Origin: Capsulimonadales bacterium
GTDB lineage: Bacteria > Armatimonadota > Armatimonadia > Armatimonadales > Armatimonadaceae
Direction: 5' to 3'
Length of the DNA: 62,763 nt
Assembly (NCBI GenBank): GCA_033762295.1
Contig: JANRLW010000089.1
Coordinates: forward strand, 1-62,763
Under the pieces are notes generated by a model that saw only the letters and a program-made list of their open reading frames with translations, had not been told where the DNA came from and did no database searches. The position numbers and the translations under genes were made by a program. Shown piece after piece: positions 1 through 9,879 of the stretch (position 1 is the stretch's first letter; each line of letters begins with the position of its first letter).

Positions 1-254
1 AGGGCGATGACGTTATCGTCCGCGCCGATGTAGATGTCGCCCCGGTCAACGGCGGGTGTCCCTTCGACTTTGCCGATGCGGGTTCGCCAGAGGGGGCGTG
101 GCGTGGTGAACGTCGGTCTGGGTTTTGGTTTCGGTTTGGGCGGGGGTGGGGGCGGGGTGGTTTCGACGATGATCGGGTCCTGCGCCTTCGCGGTATGGCA
201 GGTAAGGGCGATGCCCAGAGCGACAGCGATACCGAGCGGTTGACGTGTGTTCAC
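1..254 (-). CDS. Secreted PQQ-like/BamB-type beta-propeller protein (N-terminal part; runs off window)
   Basis: Manual translation from GTG 254: MNTRQPLGIAVALGIALTCHTAKAQ (signal peptide), Pro/Lys linker, then LWRTRIGKVEGTPAVDRGDIYIGADDNVIAL, a typical first propeller blade. Not in the ORF track. Confidence 0.65.
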   Translation of the reverse strand, partial: MNTRQPLGIAVALGIALTCHTAKAQDPIIVETTPPPPPPKPKPKPRPTFTTPRPLWRTRIGKVEGTPAVDRGDIYIGADDNVIA

Positions 255-355
255 GGTGCCATGGTAGCACAGGCGGCGGGGAAGGTCAACGGGGGCTTCG
301 GTCGAACGGCGCGATCGGTCGGCGGAACGGGACACGCTCCGCCGACCGGAGAGGA

Positions 356-1231
356 TCAGGCGGTAAGTTCGCCACCGGTCACGGCGTACGTTGCGCCGAC
401 GATGAAGCTGGCCTGATCGGAGGCGAGCAGGACGAAGACGGGGGCGAGTTCGGCCGGCTGCGCGGGTCGTCCGATGGGCGCATCCTTGCCGAAGTCCGTC
501 GGGTCGAGGGTGGAGGGAATCAGCGGCGTCCAGACGGGACCGGGCGCAACGCTATTGACGCGGATTCCTTTTTTGATCGCCTGTTTGGCGAGTGATTTGG
601 TGAAGCTGATGATGGCCGCTTTGGTAGCGGCATAGGGCATCAGGTTGGGACTGGGATCGTAGCCCTGAACGGACGAGGTATTGATGATGGCGCCCCCGGT
701 GTCCAGCCCGCCTTCGGCGAGGGCCGCCTTGCACAGATGGAACTGGGCGAAAAGATTGATCCGGAAGGTTTTTTCCAGTTCGTCGGCGGTGATTTCGGAG
801 ATGTCGTTAAAACTTTTCTGGTAGGCGGCGTTATTGACGAGGACGTCCAGTCGGCCAAATTCCTGACGGGTCCGTCGGATGATTTCGCGGCAGTGGTTTT
901 CGTCGGCGATATCTCCGGGGAGCCGGATGGCCCGTCGTCCGGCTTCCCGGACAAGCCGTTCGGTTTCCCGGGCGTCCTCTTCTTCGCTGAGGTAGGAGAT
1001 GGCGACATCGGCTCCTTCACGGGCGAAGGCGAGGGCGACAGCCCGTCCGATCCCGGAGTCGGCGCCGGTTATCAGGGTGACTTTTCCCTCGAGTTTTCCG
1101 CTACCCCGGTAGCTCTCCTCACCGTGGTCGGCTTTTGGTGTCATCTCCTTTTCGGTGCCGGGGATCGGGAGTGGATCCTGTTCATCGAAGGGCGGCGTCG
1201 GGTGTTTCTCCCTGGGATCGGTTGTTTCCAT
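356..1231 (-). CDS. SDR oxidoreductase, YdaD/YghA (general stress protein 39)-like
   Basis: YRGSGKLEGKVTLITGADSGIGRAVA, NNAA, YAATK catalytic motif, VAPGPVWTPLIP. Confidence 0.92.
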   Translation of the reverse strand: METTDPREKHPTPPFDEQDPLPIPGTEKEMTPKADHGEESYRGSGKLEGKVTLITGADSGIGRAVALAFAREGADVAISYLSEEEDARETERLVREAGRRAIRLPGDIADENHCREIIRRTRQEFGRLDVLVNNAAYQKSFNDISEITADELEKTFRINLFAQFHLCKAALAEGGLDTGGAIINTSSVQGYDPSPNLMPYAATKAAIISFTKSLAKQAIKKGIRVNSVAPGPVWTPLIPSTLDPTDFGKDAPIGRPAQPAELAPVFVLLASDQASFIVGATYAVTGGELTA

Positions 1232-1261
1232 GGTGGGTTAATCCTCATGTTTCGGTGGGTT

Positions 1262-1287
1262 GACGAACAGAAGACCGGCGCGTTTCA
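1262..1287 (-). promoter_or_regulatory. ECF-type promoter of the SDR gene
   Basis: TGAAAC-N16-CGTC on minus strand about 30 nt upstream of the ATG. Confidence 0.5.
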
Positions 1288-1346
1288 GCGGCGGTTCCGC
1301 CGAAGGCAAGGGCGGTGTAAATAATATACATTTGTCTCCTATTTTC

Positions 1347-1372
1347 GGAACATGTCCTGAGGTCACGGCGTA
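1347..1372 (+). promoter_or_regulatory. ECF-type promoter of the KGG gene
   Basis: GGAAC-N17-CGTA. Confidence 0.5.
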
Positions 1373-1479
1373 TTTTTCGCAGTTTTGGAGGCATCGAGCG
1401 AGAGGGAGTGTTCTCGCGGGCGGTGTCTGAATGCCGAATGCGATCGTTTGTTCCCGGTGACGGGAGAAAGGATGAAGGA

Positions 1480-1833
1480 ATGGCAGCCAACGAAAATCGA
1501 GGAAACGAAGAGAATCAGGGCAAAATGTCTCGCGAGGAAGCGGGGCGAAAGGGCGGCGAGGCGGTAAGCCAGGATCGTGAACATATGGCGGAGATCGGCC
1601 GCAAGGGTGGCGAGGCCGTGAGCGAGGATCGCGAGCACATGGCGGAGATCGGCCGTAAGGGCGGTGAAGCATCGCACGGCGGCGGAAATCGCGGCGGCAA
1701 CCAGGGCGGTGATCAGGGCGGCGATCAGGACGAGGACCAGGGTAATTCCGGTCAACGTGGCGGATCGGGTCAGCGTGGCGGATCGAGCGAGCAGCATTCT
1801 CGCGCCGGTTCGCAGAGCCATAAGAACGAATAG
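1480..1833 (+). CDS. KGG-repeat stress-induced hydrophilin (GsiB/YciG/Con-10-like)
   Basis: MSREEAGRKGGEAVSQDREHMAEIGRKGG repeats; C-terminal GGSSEQHSRAGSQSHKN; AAGGA upstream of ATG 1480. Confidence 0.9.
   Translation: MAANENRGNEENQGKMSREEAGRKGGEAVSQDREHMAEIGRKGGEAVSEDREHMAEIGRKGGEASHGGGNRGGNQGGDQGGDQDEDQGNSGQRGGSGQRGGSSEQHSRAGSQSHKNE
1546..1671 (+). repeat. 54-bp coding tandem repeat (18 aa RKGGEAVSxDREHMAEIG, about 2.3 copies)
   Basis: Seen in both DNA and protein. Confidence 0.85.
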
Positions 1834-1852
1834 GGCCGTCCGTTCTCGGGAT

Positions 1853-1882
1853 AAGGGAGGGAGTTCGTTCCCTCCCTTTTTT
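1853..1882 (+). terminator. Intrinsic terminator
   Basis: AAGGGAGGGA-gttcgt-TCCCTCCCTT followed by T-tract, between convergent genes. Confidence 0.85.
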
Positions 1883-1893
1883 GCGTCGGAGGT

Positions 1894-2655
1894 CTATTCG
1901 GCCAGTCCGGTGTCGTTTCGGAACGCCTGCCAGGCGCGTTCGAGTTGTGGGTAGAGCAGGGAACTGACGATGGGTTTATGCAGATATGCGGAGACCCCTA
2001 TTTCCCGTGCCTGTCGTTCGTACTCCTCGAGGGAGTAGGCGGTCAAAATGACGATGCAGACCGGGTACTGTGTCAGAATGCGGCGGGACGCTTCGAAACC
2101 ATCCATGACGGGCATATTGAGGTCCATCAGGACGAGATCGGGCCTTTCGCGGAGGACGACTTCGACACCGTCCTGACCGTCACCGGCGGTCCCCGCGACG
2201 ATGATTCCGGCGCGGGTGAGGGTTCTCCGAAGTTGGATACGGGTGATGCCTTCGTCCTCGACGATGACGGCGCGGCGTCCGGTCAGGGACGGGGTCGGGA
2301 CATTGCGGGTCGCGTCAGCGGTTTCCGGCGCGGATGGAAAAGCGGGGCCGGATGGTTTTTTCCCTTGCTCCGTCGGACTCGCGCCTTTCGGTTCGTAGTG
2401 ACCCGCGAAGGTTCTGTTCCGGCATCGCCCGGCGGGGTATTCCGGCGGGACCGTCCGTGGAATCGAGATCGTCCGGTTCCCAGGGAACCAGGGCATCGAT
2501 TGGGAGCAGGTATTCCTTCTCCGATGGTTTCCAGTACAGGGCAATGTGGTCATATGCGCTCGATCGGGTTCGGTTCGTATGAAGTTGGTCGGATATTCGT
2601 ATCCGCAGGAATGCCCTCGTTCCGGATCATTACGGGCGCGTGTTCGCAAAGGCAT
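1894..2655 (-). CDS. Response regulator receiver-domain protein (C-terminal REC; true start uncertain)
   Basis: AVIVEDE...PDLVLMDLNMPVMDG...VILTA...YLHKP; N-terminal ~120 aa do not look like a folded domain. Confidence 0.8.
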   Translation of the reverse strand: MPLRTRARNDPERGHSCGYEYPTNFIRTEPDRAHMTTLPCTGNHRRRNTCSQSMPWFPGNRTISIPRTVPPEYPAGRCRNRTFAGHYEPKGASPTEQGKKPSGPAFPSAPETADATRNVPTPSLTGRRAVIVEDEGITRIQLRRTLTRAGIIVAGTAGDGQDGVEVVLRERPDLVLMDLNMPVMDGFEASRRILTQYPVCIVILTAYSLEEYERQAREIGVSAYLHKPIVSSLLYPQLERAWQAFRNDTGLAE

Positions 2656-2789
2656 CGGAAGCGGAACTCGGATTCCCGGAATTCATCGACGGTCCGCAGG
2701 CTTTCCTGTCGGATAGGAGCGAGGGAAGCGGCTCGATGGTTTCGGCGCCGGATTTGCTTCGTCGGATCGATTTCGGTATCGGTATCCAT
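2550..2789 (-). pseudogene. Possible truncated PAS-domain fragment upstream of the receiver ORF
   Basis: RESEFRFRCLCEHAPVMI resembles the SExRFRxLxExAPVMIW PAS entry helix, then similarity stops; overlaps REC ORF in another frame. Confidence 0.4.
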
Positions 2790-2997
2790 CGCGTCCGCTC
2801 CTCTTTCCGTGTAATCGCCCCATAAACTTTGCCGTCGGGTGGGAAAACCCTTCATAAATGTCCAAAAAAACACCTTTAAAAGACGAAAAAAGTAGAATTA
2901 ATTACCTGTACAAGGCGCAATTCCCCGGCGAGGCGCGATGCCTCGCCGGGATTGTAACTCGGACAGGGATCGCCCGTTCGTTCGGCGTGGCCGAATT

Positions 2998-3993
2998 TTA
3001 CCGGGGGAAGGACTTGCAGAAGCGGACGATCTCCTCGAGGGAGGCGGTCGCGAGGCAGGTGACGGTATCGGCGGCGCCGTAGTAGAGTTTGATCTCACCG
3101 GAGGGTTCCGGGACGAGTGCGGTCGGGAACACGACATTGTTGCGAAACCCGCCATTGACCTCGTACGGGGCCTGGGGAATCATCAGGGGTTCCCGGGTGA
3201 CGGCGAGTACCCGGCGGGGGTCATCGAGGTCGAGAAGCATGGCTCCGACGGTATAGCGGCTTTGCCACGAGTCTTCCCATCCGTTTTTTCCGCGGTCCGG
3301 GTCAACATCGACGGCATGGAACAGAACGAGCCAGCCTTCCCCGGTGCGGATGGGGGGTGGCCCGGCTCCGAGGCGTTCATTGGCAAACGGAACGTCTTCT
3401 ACTGCGAGCAGCAACTGCGCTTTGCCCCAGTAGTTGAGGTCGGGCGATTCGGAGATCCAGATATCGAAACGCCGTTGATTATTGCGGCTATCGATGGGGA
3501 AGGGTCGTTCCAGGCGGAGGAAACGGCTGTCGATCCGTTCGGGGAAGAGAACCATATCGCGGTTATCGGGCACGGTGCGGTCGGCGATTTCAAAATTCAC
3601 GAAGTCGTCGGTGATGGCAATGGTGGCGCGGTAGCCGTGTGCGGTCCACTGGCAGTAAGTGATATGGATGCGGTCGTCGATAAGAACAAGGCGGGGATCG
3701 ATGTCCCCGCGCACGTCGGGATCGTCGGAGGGATGGAGGGTTTCCGGACGGACGTCCCACCGGATGCCATCTTCGGAGAAGGCGAGTCCCAGCTGGAAAT
3801 CGGGCGGTTTTTGTGCGTCGGGCGCCCATCCGGAGTCGTTGCGAAAGACCATGACGTACCGTCCGTCACGGCGCACGACGCCCGCATTGTAGGCGAGCTG
3901 CGACGGGTACGGCACGTCCCGGGGAGAGAGGACGGGGTTTCCGGGATAGCGGCGGAGGATGCCGCTGTCCCGGAGTGGGCCGACCGTATTCAT
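2998..3993 (-). CDS. Glycoside hydrolase family 130 (beta-mannoside phosphorylase-like)
   Basis: RYPGNPVL, YNAGV, DPRL, NRDMVLFP, ERP, GAGPPPI, NVVFP, YYGAADT; ATGA overlap with upstream gene. Confidence 0.9.
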   Translation of the reverse strand: MNTVGPLRDSGILRRYPGNPVLSPRDVPYPSQLAYNAGVVRRDGRYVMVFRNDSGWAPDAQKPPDFQLGLAFSEDGIRWDVRPETLHPSDDPDVRGDIDPRLVLIDDRIHITYCQWTAHGYRATIAITDDFVNFEIADRTVPDNRDMVLFPERIDSRFLRLERPFPIDSRNNQRRFDIWISESPDLNYWGKAQLLLAVEDVPFANERLGAGPPPIRTGEGWLVLFHAVDVDPDRGKNGWEDSWQSRYTVGAMLLDLDDPRRVLAVTREPLMIPQAPYEVNGGFRNNVVFPTALVPEPSGEIKLYYGAADTVTCLATASLEEIVRFCKSFPR

Positions 3994-6197
3994 TCGGAGT
4001 TCCTCCATCGGAGAACGAACTCCGCGCCGCCGTTGAGCGGAAACTCGCAATGTCCCTCGGGAGTTACCTGTCCGCCGATGACCTCTCCTTCGGGGGTTTC
4101 GAGGCGGATTCCGGCGACGGGGACCTCCGTCTCGGGAATCACCCGGATTCGGAAGCGGGATTGCGGGAGTCCGCTGGCGACGAAGGCAGCCGAATCGTCC
4201 GTTTCGGTTCGGATGGTGAGGGGATATTCGGAGAACAGAAGATAGGGTGCGTTTTTCAGTTTTCGAAAGGCGCGGCTGGTGAGCGCGAGGGCGATGCCGC
4301 TGCCATAGATCTCCTGTCCGACCTGTCCGGCAAGCTGTCCGTCCGCGTAGAGGTCTTCGACGGGGAACGCCAGAAGGCGGTCGATGTGTCCGTTTCGGAT
4401 TTCCGTCGCCAGGCTATCGGCGGGCAGATGATCGGGGAAGAAGTACCAGGCCCGATTCAGGGTGAAGCGGCAGAACTCCGCCAGCAGCAGCGCGACCGAT
4501 TCGGGGAGCGCCGCCCTGTATTCGGTGAGAATTTTATGAAAGGCGGCAAAGGACTCGGCGCATTCGTAGGGGGCCATGTAGGGTCCGTCGTGCAGGCAGG
4601 TCGCGCCGAAGAATTCCGGGTACCGCTCGGCGTTCCCGATCTCGGACTCCCAGAGGACGCAGTTATGGAAGTAGCTGGCCAGGAAGACCCATGCCTGATC
4701 GCGGAAGAAAGCGTCCCCGGTCAAACGGTGGAGTTTCAGGCAGGCGAGAAGGCCGTAGGCGGTGAGGTTGGTCTGGTAGGTCAGATTGAAGGCCAGCCCA
4801 CGTGTGGCATGGATGGCCTTTCGGGCTTCTTCGAAGTAGAGGGTATCACCTGTGAGATCGTACGCCTGGAGCATGAGGTGCGCGTAGATTCCCCCGACAT
4901 CGGACTGACCGGGCTGTCCGGGTTGCCGTTCGGCCTGAATCACCTCAAGTGTGTCGATTCGGAAGAGAATGGGCCACGTGTAGTTGAAGCGATGGGCGAC
5001 TTTGATGGCGTAGGGCAACGATCCGAGGAGGAGGTCACGTGCTTCGGCATCCTTCTCCTCCTCGGCCAGTCGGGCGAGGTTGATGAGCGGGTGGTAGAGG
5101 TACCAGGAATCCACCTTACTGGCGTCTTTGTCCTCGCCGACGCTGGGCAGGTAACGTCGCATGGTTCCGAGTTCGATATCGAAGAAGTGGCGGACCCCGG
5201 CGCGCAGTTCATCGGCAAGCGGCAGGGGTTCGTTTCGCCATCGGGCATATTCGCGCAGTGCGATGAGGACGGTCAACTGCACCATGCTATCGGGATATTC
5301 GGCGTCGGTATAGGGTCGGAGATAGCGGTATCCGTGCTCTTTCAGCGTCGCTTTCGGAGATGCTTTCAGGTCGCGGACGGTTTCGGCGGCAAGGCGCGGC
5401 CAGGGATGGAATCGGGTTTCCGGCATAGTCAGATGCGGATAGATGCCGGCGAGGAGGTCAATGAACCGAAGCGCGGTCGCGCGTTCGTCGTCCTCGCTCT
5501 CCGGAGTTGCGTGGAGATAGACGTCCGAAAGGATGACCTCGCGTCCGTGAGGAAGGGGGCGGGCTTCGGAGACGGGCATTTTGTAACCGAGTTCGGGCCA
5601 CTCGCCGCCGACGACGCCATCCGGTCGTGTGGCCGTAATTCGGAAATAGTCATTCAGCCGGGTGAAATCCTGCCAGTAGAGAAACGAGCCGAACGCCGGT
5701 TCTACGAGGGTCGCATAGACCAGACCGGCGTTGACTCCGCGTTGCGCGGCGGCGACCTGACCGACGGCGACGGTCGGATCGCCGGCGGCATCGATTGCGT
5801 AGAGGTCGCGCGGCCAGTAGTCGAGGAGCAGGTCGGCGTTCGGGATGACGGAGGTCGTCACATGGATCAGCGGCTGTCCCACCACCGGGAGGCGAACGGT
5901 GACGCGAAAGGCACCGACGGCGGAGGAGGCGCGGAACTCGCAGAAATCCTCTCGCGGGCAAAACGTTTCGACTTTGAGCGGGGGACCGGGCGCCCAGGCG
6001 GTTCGCAGGGCGAGACCGCCTTTGCCGTTTCGTTTGAGGAGGAACCAGAGCGAATCGACGCCCTGACGCACCTCGATACGATAGCCTGCGCCGACGGGGA
6101 GGGTTGCGTGATGCACCATCCGGCCGCCGGCGATTTCGTGTTTGAGTGTGAGCGCGCCGGAGGGTAAGCCGGCGCTATTCTGCAGGAGATTCGTCAT
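3990..6197 (-). CDS. Uncharacterised 735-aa protein, probable (alpha/alpha)6 glycosidase-like fold
   Basis: Long ORF coupled between SDR and GH130; helical repeats AYDLTGDTLYFEEA, LHRLTGDAFFRDQA. Confidence 0.75.
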   Translation of the reverse strand: MTNLLQNSAGLPSGALTLKHEIAGGRMVHHATLPVGAGYRIEVRQGVDSLWFLLKRNGKGGLALRTAWAPGPPLKVETFCPREDFCEFRASSAVGAFRVTVRLPVVGQPLIHVTTSVIPNADLLLDYWPRDLYAIDAAGDPTVAVGQVAAAQRGVNAGLVYATLVEPAFGSFLYWQDFTRLNDYFRITATRPDGVVGGEWPELGYKMPVSEARPLPHGREVILSDVYLHATPESEDDERATALRFIDLLAGIYPHLTMPETRFHPWPRLAAETVRDLKASPKATLKEHGYRYLRPYTDAEYPDSMVQLTVLIALREYARWRNEPLPLADELRAGVRHFFDIELGTMRRYLPSVGEDKDASKVDSWYLYHPLINLARLAEEEKDAEARDLLLGSLPYAIKVAHRFNYTWPILFRIDTLEVIQAERQPGQPGQSDVGGIYAHLMLQAYDLTGDTLYFEEARKAIHATRGLAFNLTYQTNLTAYGLLACLKLHRLTGDAFFRDQAWVFLASYFHNCVLWESEIGNAERYPEFFGATCLHDGPYMAPYECAESFAAFHKILTEYRAALPESVALLLAEFCRFTLNRAWYFFPDHLPADSLATEIRNGHIDRLLAFPVEDLYADGQLAGQVGQEIYGSGIALALTSRAFRKLKNAPYLLFSEYPLTIRTETDDSAAFVASGLPQSRFRIRVIPETEVPVAGIRLETPEGEVIGGQVTPEGHCEFPLNGGAEFVLRWRNSE

Positions 6198-6226
6198 TTT
6201 CGGTTACCGGTGAACGGGGGGTTCGG

Positions 6227-6982
6227 TCAGATTTCCTGTCGGTGGGGTCGGATGCGAACCTCGATCACGTCGCAGCGTTCCGGTTGTGTCAGCGTGTAAA
6301 AGATGCATTCGGCGATGTCTTCGGCTTTGAGCATTTCGCCGGCCTCTGCTTTCGCGGGTTGTTTTTCGACGGGGGTGTTTTCGGCGGTCATGTCGGTGCC
6401 GACGAGTCCCGGTTCGATCAGGGTGACTTTGATGCCGAATTCGTTGACTTCCTTACGGAAGGCTTCGGAGAACCCTTCGATACCGGCCTTGGTCGCGACG
6501 TAGACGGAACTGCCCTTTTCGCGGACTTTCGCGCTGAGGGAGCCGACGTTGACGATATGGCCCCCGCCCTGTTCTTTCATGCGTTTCGCCGCCTCCTGCG
6601 CGAAGGCGACGTACCCGGAAAGATTGGCATCGATCACGTAGCGCCATTCGTCCGGGGTCATCTCCTGAACGCCCTGTGCGGGGAGGGCGGCGTTATTGAT
6701 GAGGATCGCGGTCGGTCCGATCTTCGGTTCGGCGGCCTCGAAGACGCGCAGCACGTCTTCCTGCCGGGCGGTATCCGCGGTCATGCCATGGACGTCGACG
6801 GACCCATGGGCGCGAAGGTGGGTAAGGGCATCCCGGAGTTCGGCTTCATGGCGTCCGAAAACGAAAATGCGCGCCCCGGCGCGAGCGAGTCGTTCGGCGG
6901 TCGCTCGTCCGATACCGGTCGTTCCGCCGGTAATCAGTACGCCTTTGCCGTTGAGATCGAGCGGCTGGTATTCGTAGCTCAT
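6227..6982 (-). CDS. SDR family oxidoreductase
   Basis: ITGGTTGIG, INNAA, YVATK, IEPGLVGT; AGGAG RBS before MSYEY. Confidence 0.92.
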   Translation of the reverse strand: MSYEYQPLDLNGKGVLITGGTTGIGRATAERLARAGARIFVFGRHEAELRDALTHLRAHGSVDVHGMTADTARQEDVLRVFEAAEPKIGPTAILINNAALPAQGVQEMTPDEWRYVIDANLSGYVAFAQEAAKRMKEQGGGHIVNVGSLSAKVREKGSSVYVATKAGIEGFSEAFRKEVNEFGIKVTLIEPGLVGTDMTAENTPVEKQPAKAEAGEMLKAEDIAECIFYTLTQPERCDVIEVRIRPHRQEI

Positions 6983-7033
6983 CGCGTGTGTTCTCCTGAT
7001 CGGTTTCCGCAACGGAAACGTAGTCGTAGAGCA

Positions 7034-7059
7034 GACGGGAAAGAGCACGAGGGGGTTTC
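7034..7059 (-). promoter_or_regulatory. ECF-type promoter of SDR/735-aa/GH130 operon
   Basis: GAAAC-N17-CGTC on minus strand. Confidence 0.45.
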
Positions 7060-7349
7060 GTCGGGGTTTGGGGTTTGTTGAGAGGATTTCCGCCGTCGGG
7101 AACCCGGTACATTTTCCTGATTTTTCGTTCGTCAGGGATTTTCCTGGCAGATTTCGTCGGGAATGAGGAACAAATATGAGTGGAAACAGGTAGGTTGATT
7201 TGTAAATTGTCGTTGCCTGACTTGTGACAAAGTGTCAGGTGAAACGATAAGGGCGAACCGGATTTCCAGGACGCGTCCTATCGTCGCCATAATCCTGTTG
7301 ACATATGCATTCGCTTGCCATTCCGGGCTGTGCGGATGATAATCGGAGT

Positions 7350-7408
7350 GAATTGAGATACCTGTATTGGATTGATTCCGTGCCCGACTTCGGTCGGGCT
7401 TTTTTTTT
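7350..7408 (+). ncRNA. Candidate ~60-nt small RNA
   Basis: TTGCCA(7315)-N17-GATAAT(7338) promoter and a plus-polarity terminator in an intergenic region whose neighbours are both minus strand. Confidence 0.4.
7382..7408 (+). terminator. Intrinsic terminator
   Basis: GCCCGAC-TTCG-GTCGGGC followed by T9. Confidence 0.85.
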
Positions 7409-9812
7409 ACTGCGGGATCAGGCGGTATTTTTTGCCGGCGAGCGCCGGAAAGGTGGTGGGTTCGGTCGTCGGGTCGGCGGCATCGGCCCTTCGGCTTCGG
7501 AGGGGGCGGAGGTTGATGTCCGATCCGGCGTGGAGAACGGCTTCGACGAGTTTTCCCTGTTTCCAGGCGATGTCGACGATCAGGTTGCCACGGGCGCGCA
7601 GTCCCCGAACGTTGCCGTCGGGCCAGGCACCGGGCAGGGCGGGAAGGATTTCGAGTTCGACGGTCCGGGAGGCGGCATCGAAACGGCTTTGCAGGAGCAT
7701 TTCGGCGACCCCGGCGGTATAGCCGAAGTTGCCATCGATCTGAAACGGCGGGTGGAGATCGAAAAGGTTCGGCGCGGTCCGTTCGGGGGTCAACAGATCG
7801 GCGACGAGTTTGAAGGCATGGTTTCCGTCTCGGAGGCGCGCCCAGAGGTTGATTTTCCAGCCCATGCTCCATCCGGTGGCTTCGTCCCCGCGGATTTCGA
7901 GCGATTTGCGGGCGGCGGCGAACAGGTCGGGGGTCCGGTGGGGATCGATCTGCTGACCGGGATAGAGTCCGTAGAGGTGGGAGACGTGGCGGTGTCGGAT
8001 TTCGGGGGCGTCCATGTCCCAGTCCTCCTGCCATTCCTGAAGCTGTCCGGCATTGCCGATGCGCATCGGCGCGAGTCGTTCGCGCGCGGAAGTGACCTCT
8101 TTGCGAAAGTCGGGGTCGAGGTCGAGAATTTCCGCCGACCGGACGACCGCATCGAACAGGTCGCGTAGAATGGCGTTATCCATGGTCGGACCGGCGCAGA
8201 CGCTGACGTCGGAATGGTGGGCGTTTTCGGGGGAGACGGACGGGCAGGTGACGAGGAATCCGGTGCGTGGATCGACGACCAGCGTTTCGACGAAGAAGCG
8301 GGCGGCCTCGCGGAGGTGGGGATAGTGTTTTCGGAGGGCTTCCCGGTCGAGGGTGTATTCGTAGTGATCCCAGACGGCTTTGCAGAGCCAGGCACCGCCG
8401 GTCGGCCACATTCCCCAGAAGGCTCCATCGACGGGCGCGGCTCCGCGCCAGAGGTCGGTGTTGTGGTGTGTCACCCAGCCGTTCGCGCCGTACTGGTCCC
8501 TGGCCATTTTCCTTCCGGTGACGGCCAGATCGCGAATCATGGCGAAGAGGGGTTCGCAGCATTCGGCCAGGTTGGCGGGAAGGGCGGGCCAGTAGTTCAT
8601 TTCGGTATTGATGTTGATCGTGTATTTGGAGCCCCAGGGCGGGTTGAGGGATTCGTTCCAGATTCCCTGGAGGTTGGCGGGCTGGGTTCCGGGGCGTGAG
8701 GAGGCGATCAGCAGGTAGCGTCCGAACTGGAACTGGAGGACGGCGAGGTGCGGGTCGTTCGCGTTTTTGAACGTGGCGACGCGTTCCGGGGTCGGTTTTT
8801 CGGCATCGGGGGTGGTTCCGAGGTCGAGGGAGACGCGTTGAAAGAGGGGTCGGTAATCGGCGAGGTGTGCGGCGCGCAGGGAATCGACGGTTCGGGAGGC
8901 GGCCTTTGCCAGGGTTTCGGCGGTGCGTCGGGCGGGATCGGCGGTCAGGTCGTCGTAGGCGCGGTGGTTGGTCGCGATGGCGACGAGGACGGTCAGGGCA
9001 TCGGCTTTGCGGACATGAATGCGGCCCTGTTCGGCGACGAGGGTTCCGCCTTCGTTTCGGAGTTGCGCGCTGGCGCGGAAACGGACCTGGCCGGGGATAC
9101 CGGCGGATGCGCCACTGACGCCGGTAAGCAGGAGGGTGTTTTCGCCTTCGCCGGTAACCTCGGAGGTTTGCGGACTGGCGAAGGTGGCGGTGAGGGTGAT
9201 GCTGCCGGGGCGGTCGGCGGTCAACCGGAGAACGAGGACGTCGTCGGGCGCGGAGGCGAAGTATTCCCGCGTGAAGCGAACGCCGTTCGCGGTGTAGTGA
9301 ATGCGAACGGTGGCGTCCCGGAGGTCGAGTTCGCGTCGGTATTCGGTGGCGTCGGCGGCGTCGGGGAAGTCCAGGATCAGGTCTCCGACGGTCTGGTAGG
9401 GCATCTGGGTGATGGGCTGTCCGGCGAAATCGGCGTTGATGCGTTCCTGGGCGTCCCGGTATTTTTCGGCGAAGACCAGTTTCCGGATTTCGGGCAGGGC
9501 GTCGAGCGCGCGCGGATTAGCGTAGTCGTGGGGTCCGCCGGCCCAGACGGTGTCCTCGTTCAGCTGAAGTCGTTCCCGGTCCGTGCCACCGAAGACCATC
9601 GCGCCGAGGCGTCCGTTTCCGAGCGGCAGGGCTTCGAGCCATTGACGCGCGGGTTCCCGGAACCGGACGGACAGGGATTCTTCCGGGGCGGCGGCCTCGA
9701 CGGGTGGGGCGACGGCGGATACGACGGATTCGGCGGCGAGGGCGAGCGGGACGGCGGCCAGGGTACCGAGTCCGGCGGCCAGCAGGTCACGGCGATTGAG
9801 GGAGGTGTTCAT
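7407..9812 (-). CDS. Glycoside hydrolase family 95 (alpha-L-fucosidase-like), Tat-exported
   Basis: NRRDLL twin-Arg signal; [46 protein letters not shown]. Confidence 0.95.
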   Translation of the reverse strand: MNTSLNRRDLLAAGLGTLAAVPLALAAESVVSAVAPPVEAAAPEESLSVRFREPARQWLEALPLGNGRLGAMVFGGTDRERLQLNEDTVWAGGPHDYANPRALDALPEIRKLVFAEKYRDAQERINADFAGQPITQMPYQTVGDLILDFPDAADATEYRRELDLRDATVRIHYTANGVRFTREYFASAPDDVLVLRLTADRPGSITLTATFASPQTSEVTGEGENTLLLTGVSGASAGIPGQVRFRASAQLRNEGGTLVAEQGRIHVRKADALTVLVAIATNHRAYDDLTADPARRTAETLAKAASRTVDSLRAAHLADYRPLFQRVSLDLGTTPDAEKPTPERVATFKNANDPHLAVLQFQFGRYLLIASSRPGTQPANLQGIWNESLNPPWGSKYTININTEMNYWPALPANLAECCEPLFAMIRDLAVTGRKMARDQYGANGWVTHHNTDLWRGAAPVDGAFWGMWPTGGAWLCKAVWDHYEYTLDREALRKHYPHLREAARFFVETLVVDPRTGFLVTCPSVSPENAHHSDVSVCAGPTMDNAILRDLFDAVVRSAEILDLDPDFRKEVTSARERLAPMRIGNAGQLQEWQEDWDMDAPEIRHRHVSHLYGLYPGQQIDPHRTPDLFAAARKSLEIRGDEATGWSMGWKINLWARLRDGNHAFKLVADLLTPERTAPNLFDLHPPFQIDGNFGYTAGVAEMLLQSRFDAASRTVELEILPALPGAWPDGNVRGLRARGNLIVDIAWKQGKLVEAVLHAGSDINLRPLRSRRADAADPTTEPTTFPALAGKKYRLIPQ

Positions 9813-9879
9813 GACGGGCACAGGTTCTTCGTCGGAGCCTGCATTTCCTTTGTCGGAACGGCGCGTTTGCCGGCGCGGT

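Noticed and set aside
121..160. G-rich tract (possible G-quadruplex)
   Set aside because: Explained by poly-Pro/Lys codons on the minus-strand gene.
1446..1467. SigB-like promoter GTTTGT..GGGAGA before the KGG gene
   Set aside because: Spacer of 10 nt is too short; the ECF-like motif fits better.
1546..1790. Regularly spaced repeats that could be mistaken for a CRISPR array
   Set aside because: In-frame coding repeats (KGG, GGxQ) varying at synonymous positions; no unique spacers, no cas genes.
3975..6167. 730-aa plus-strand ORF (also 2938-4245, 8748-10085, 10310-11929, 24191-25804)
   Set aside because: Antisense shadows of real minus-strand genes; expected from GC-rich codon bias; no recognisable motifs.
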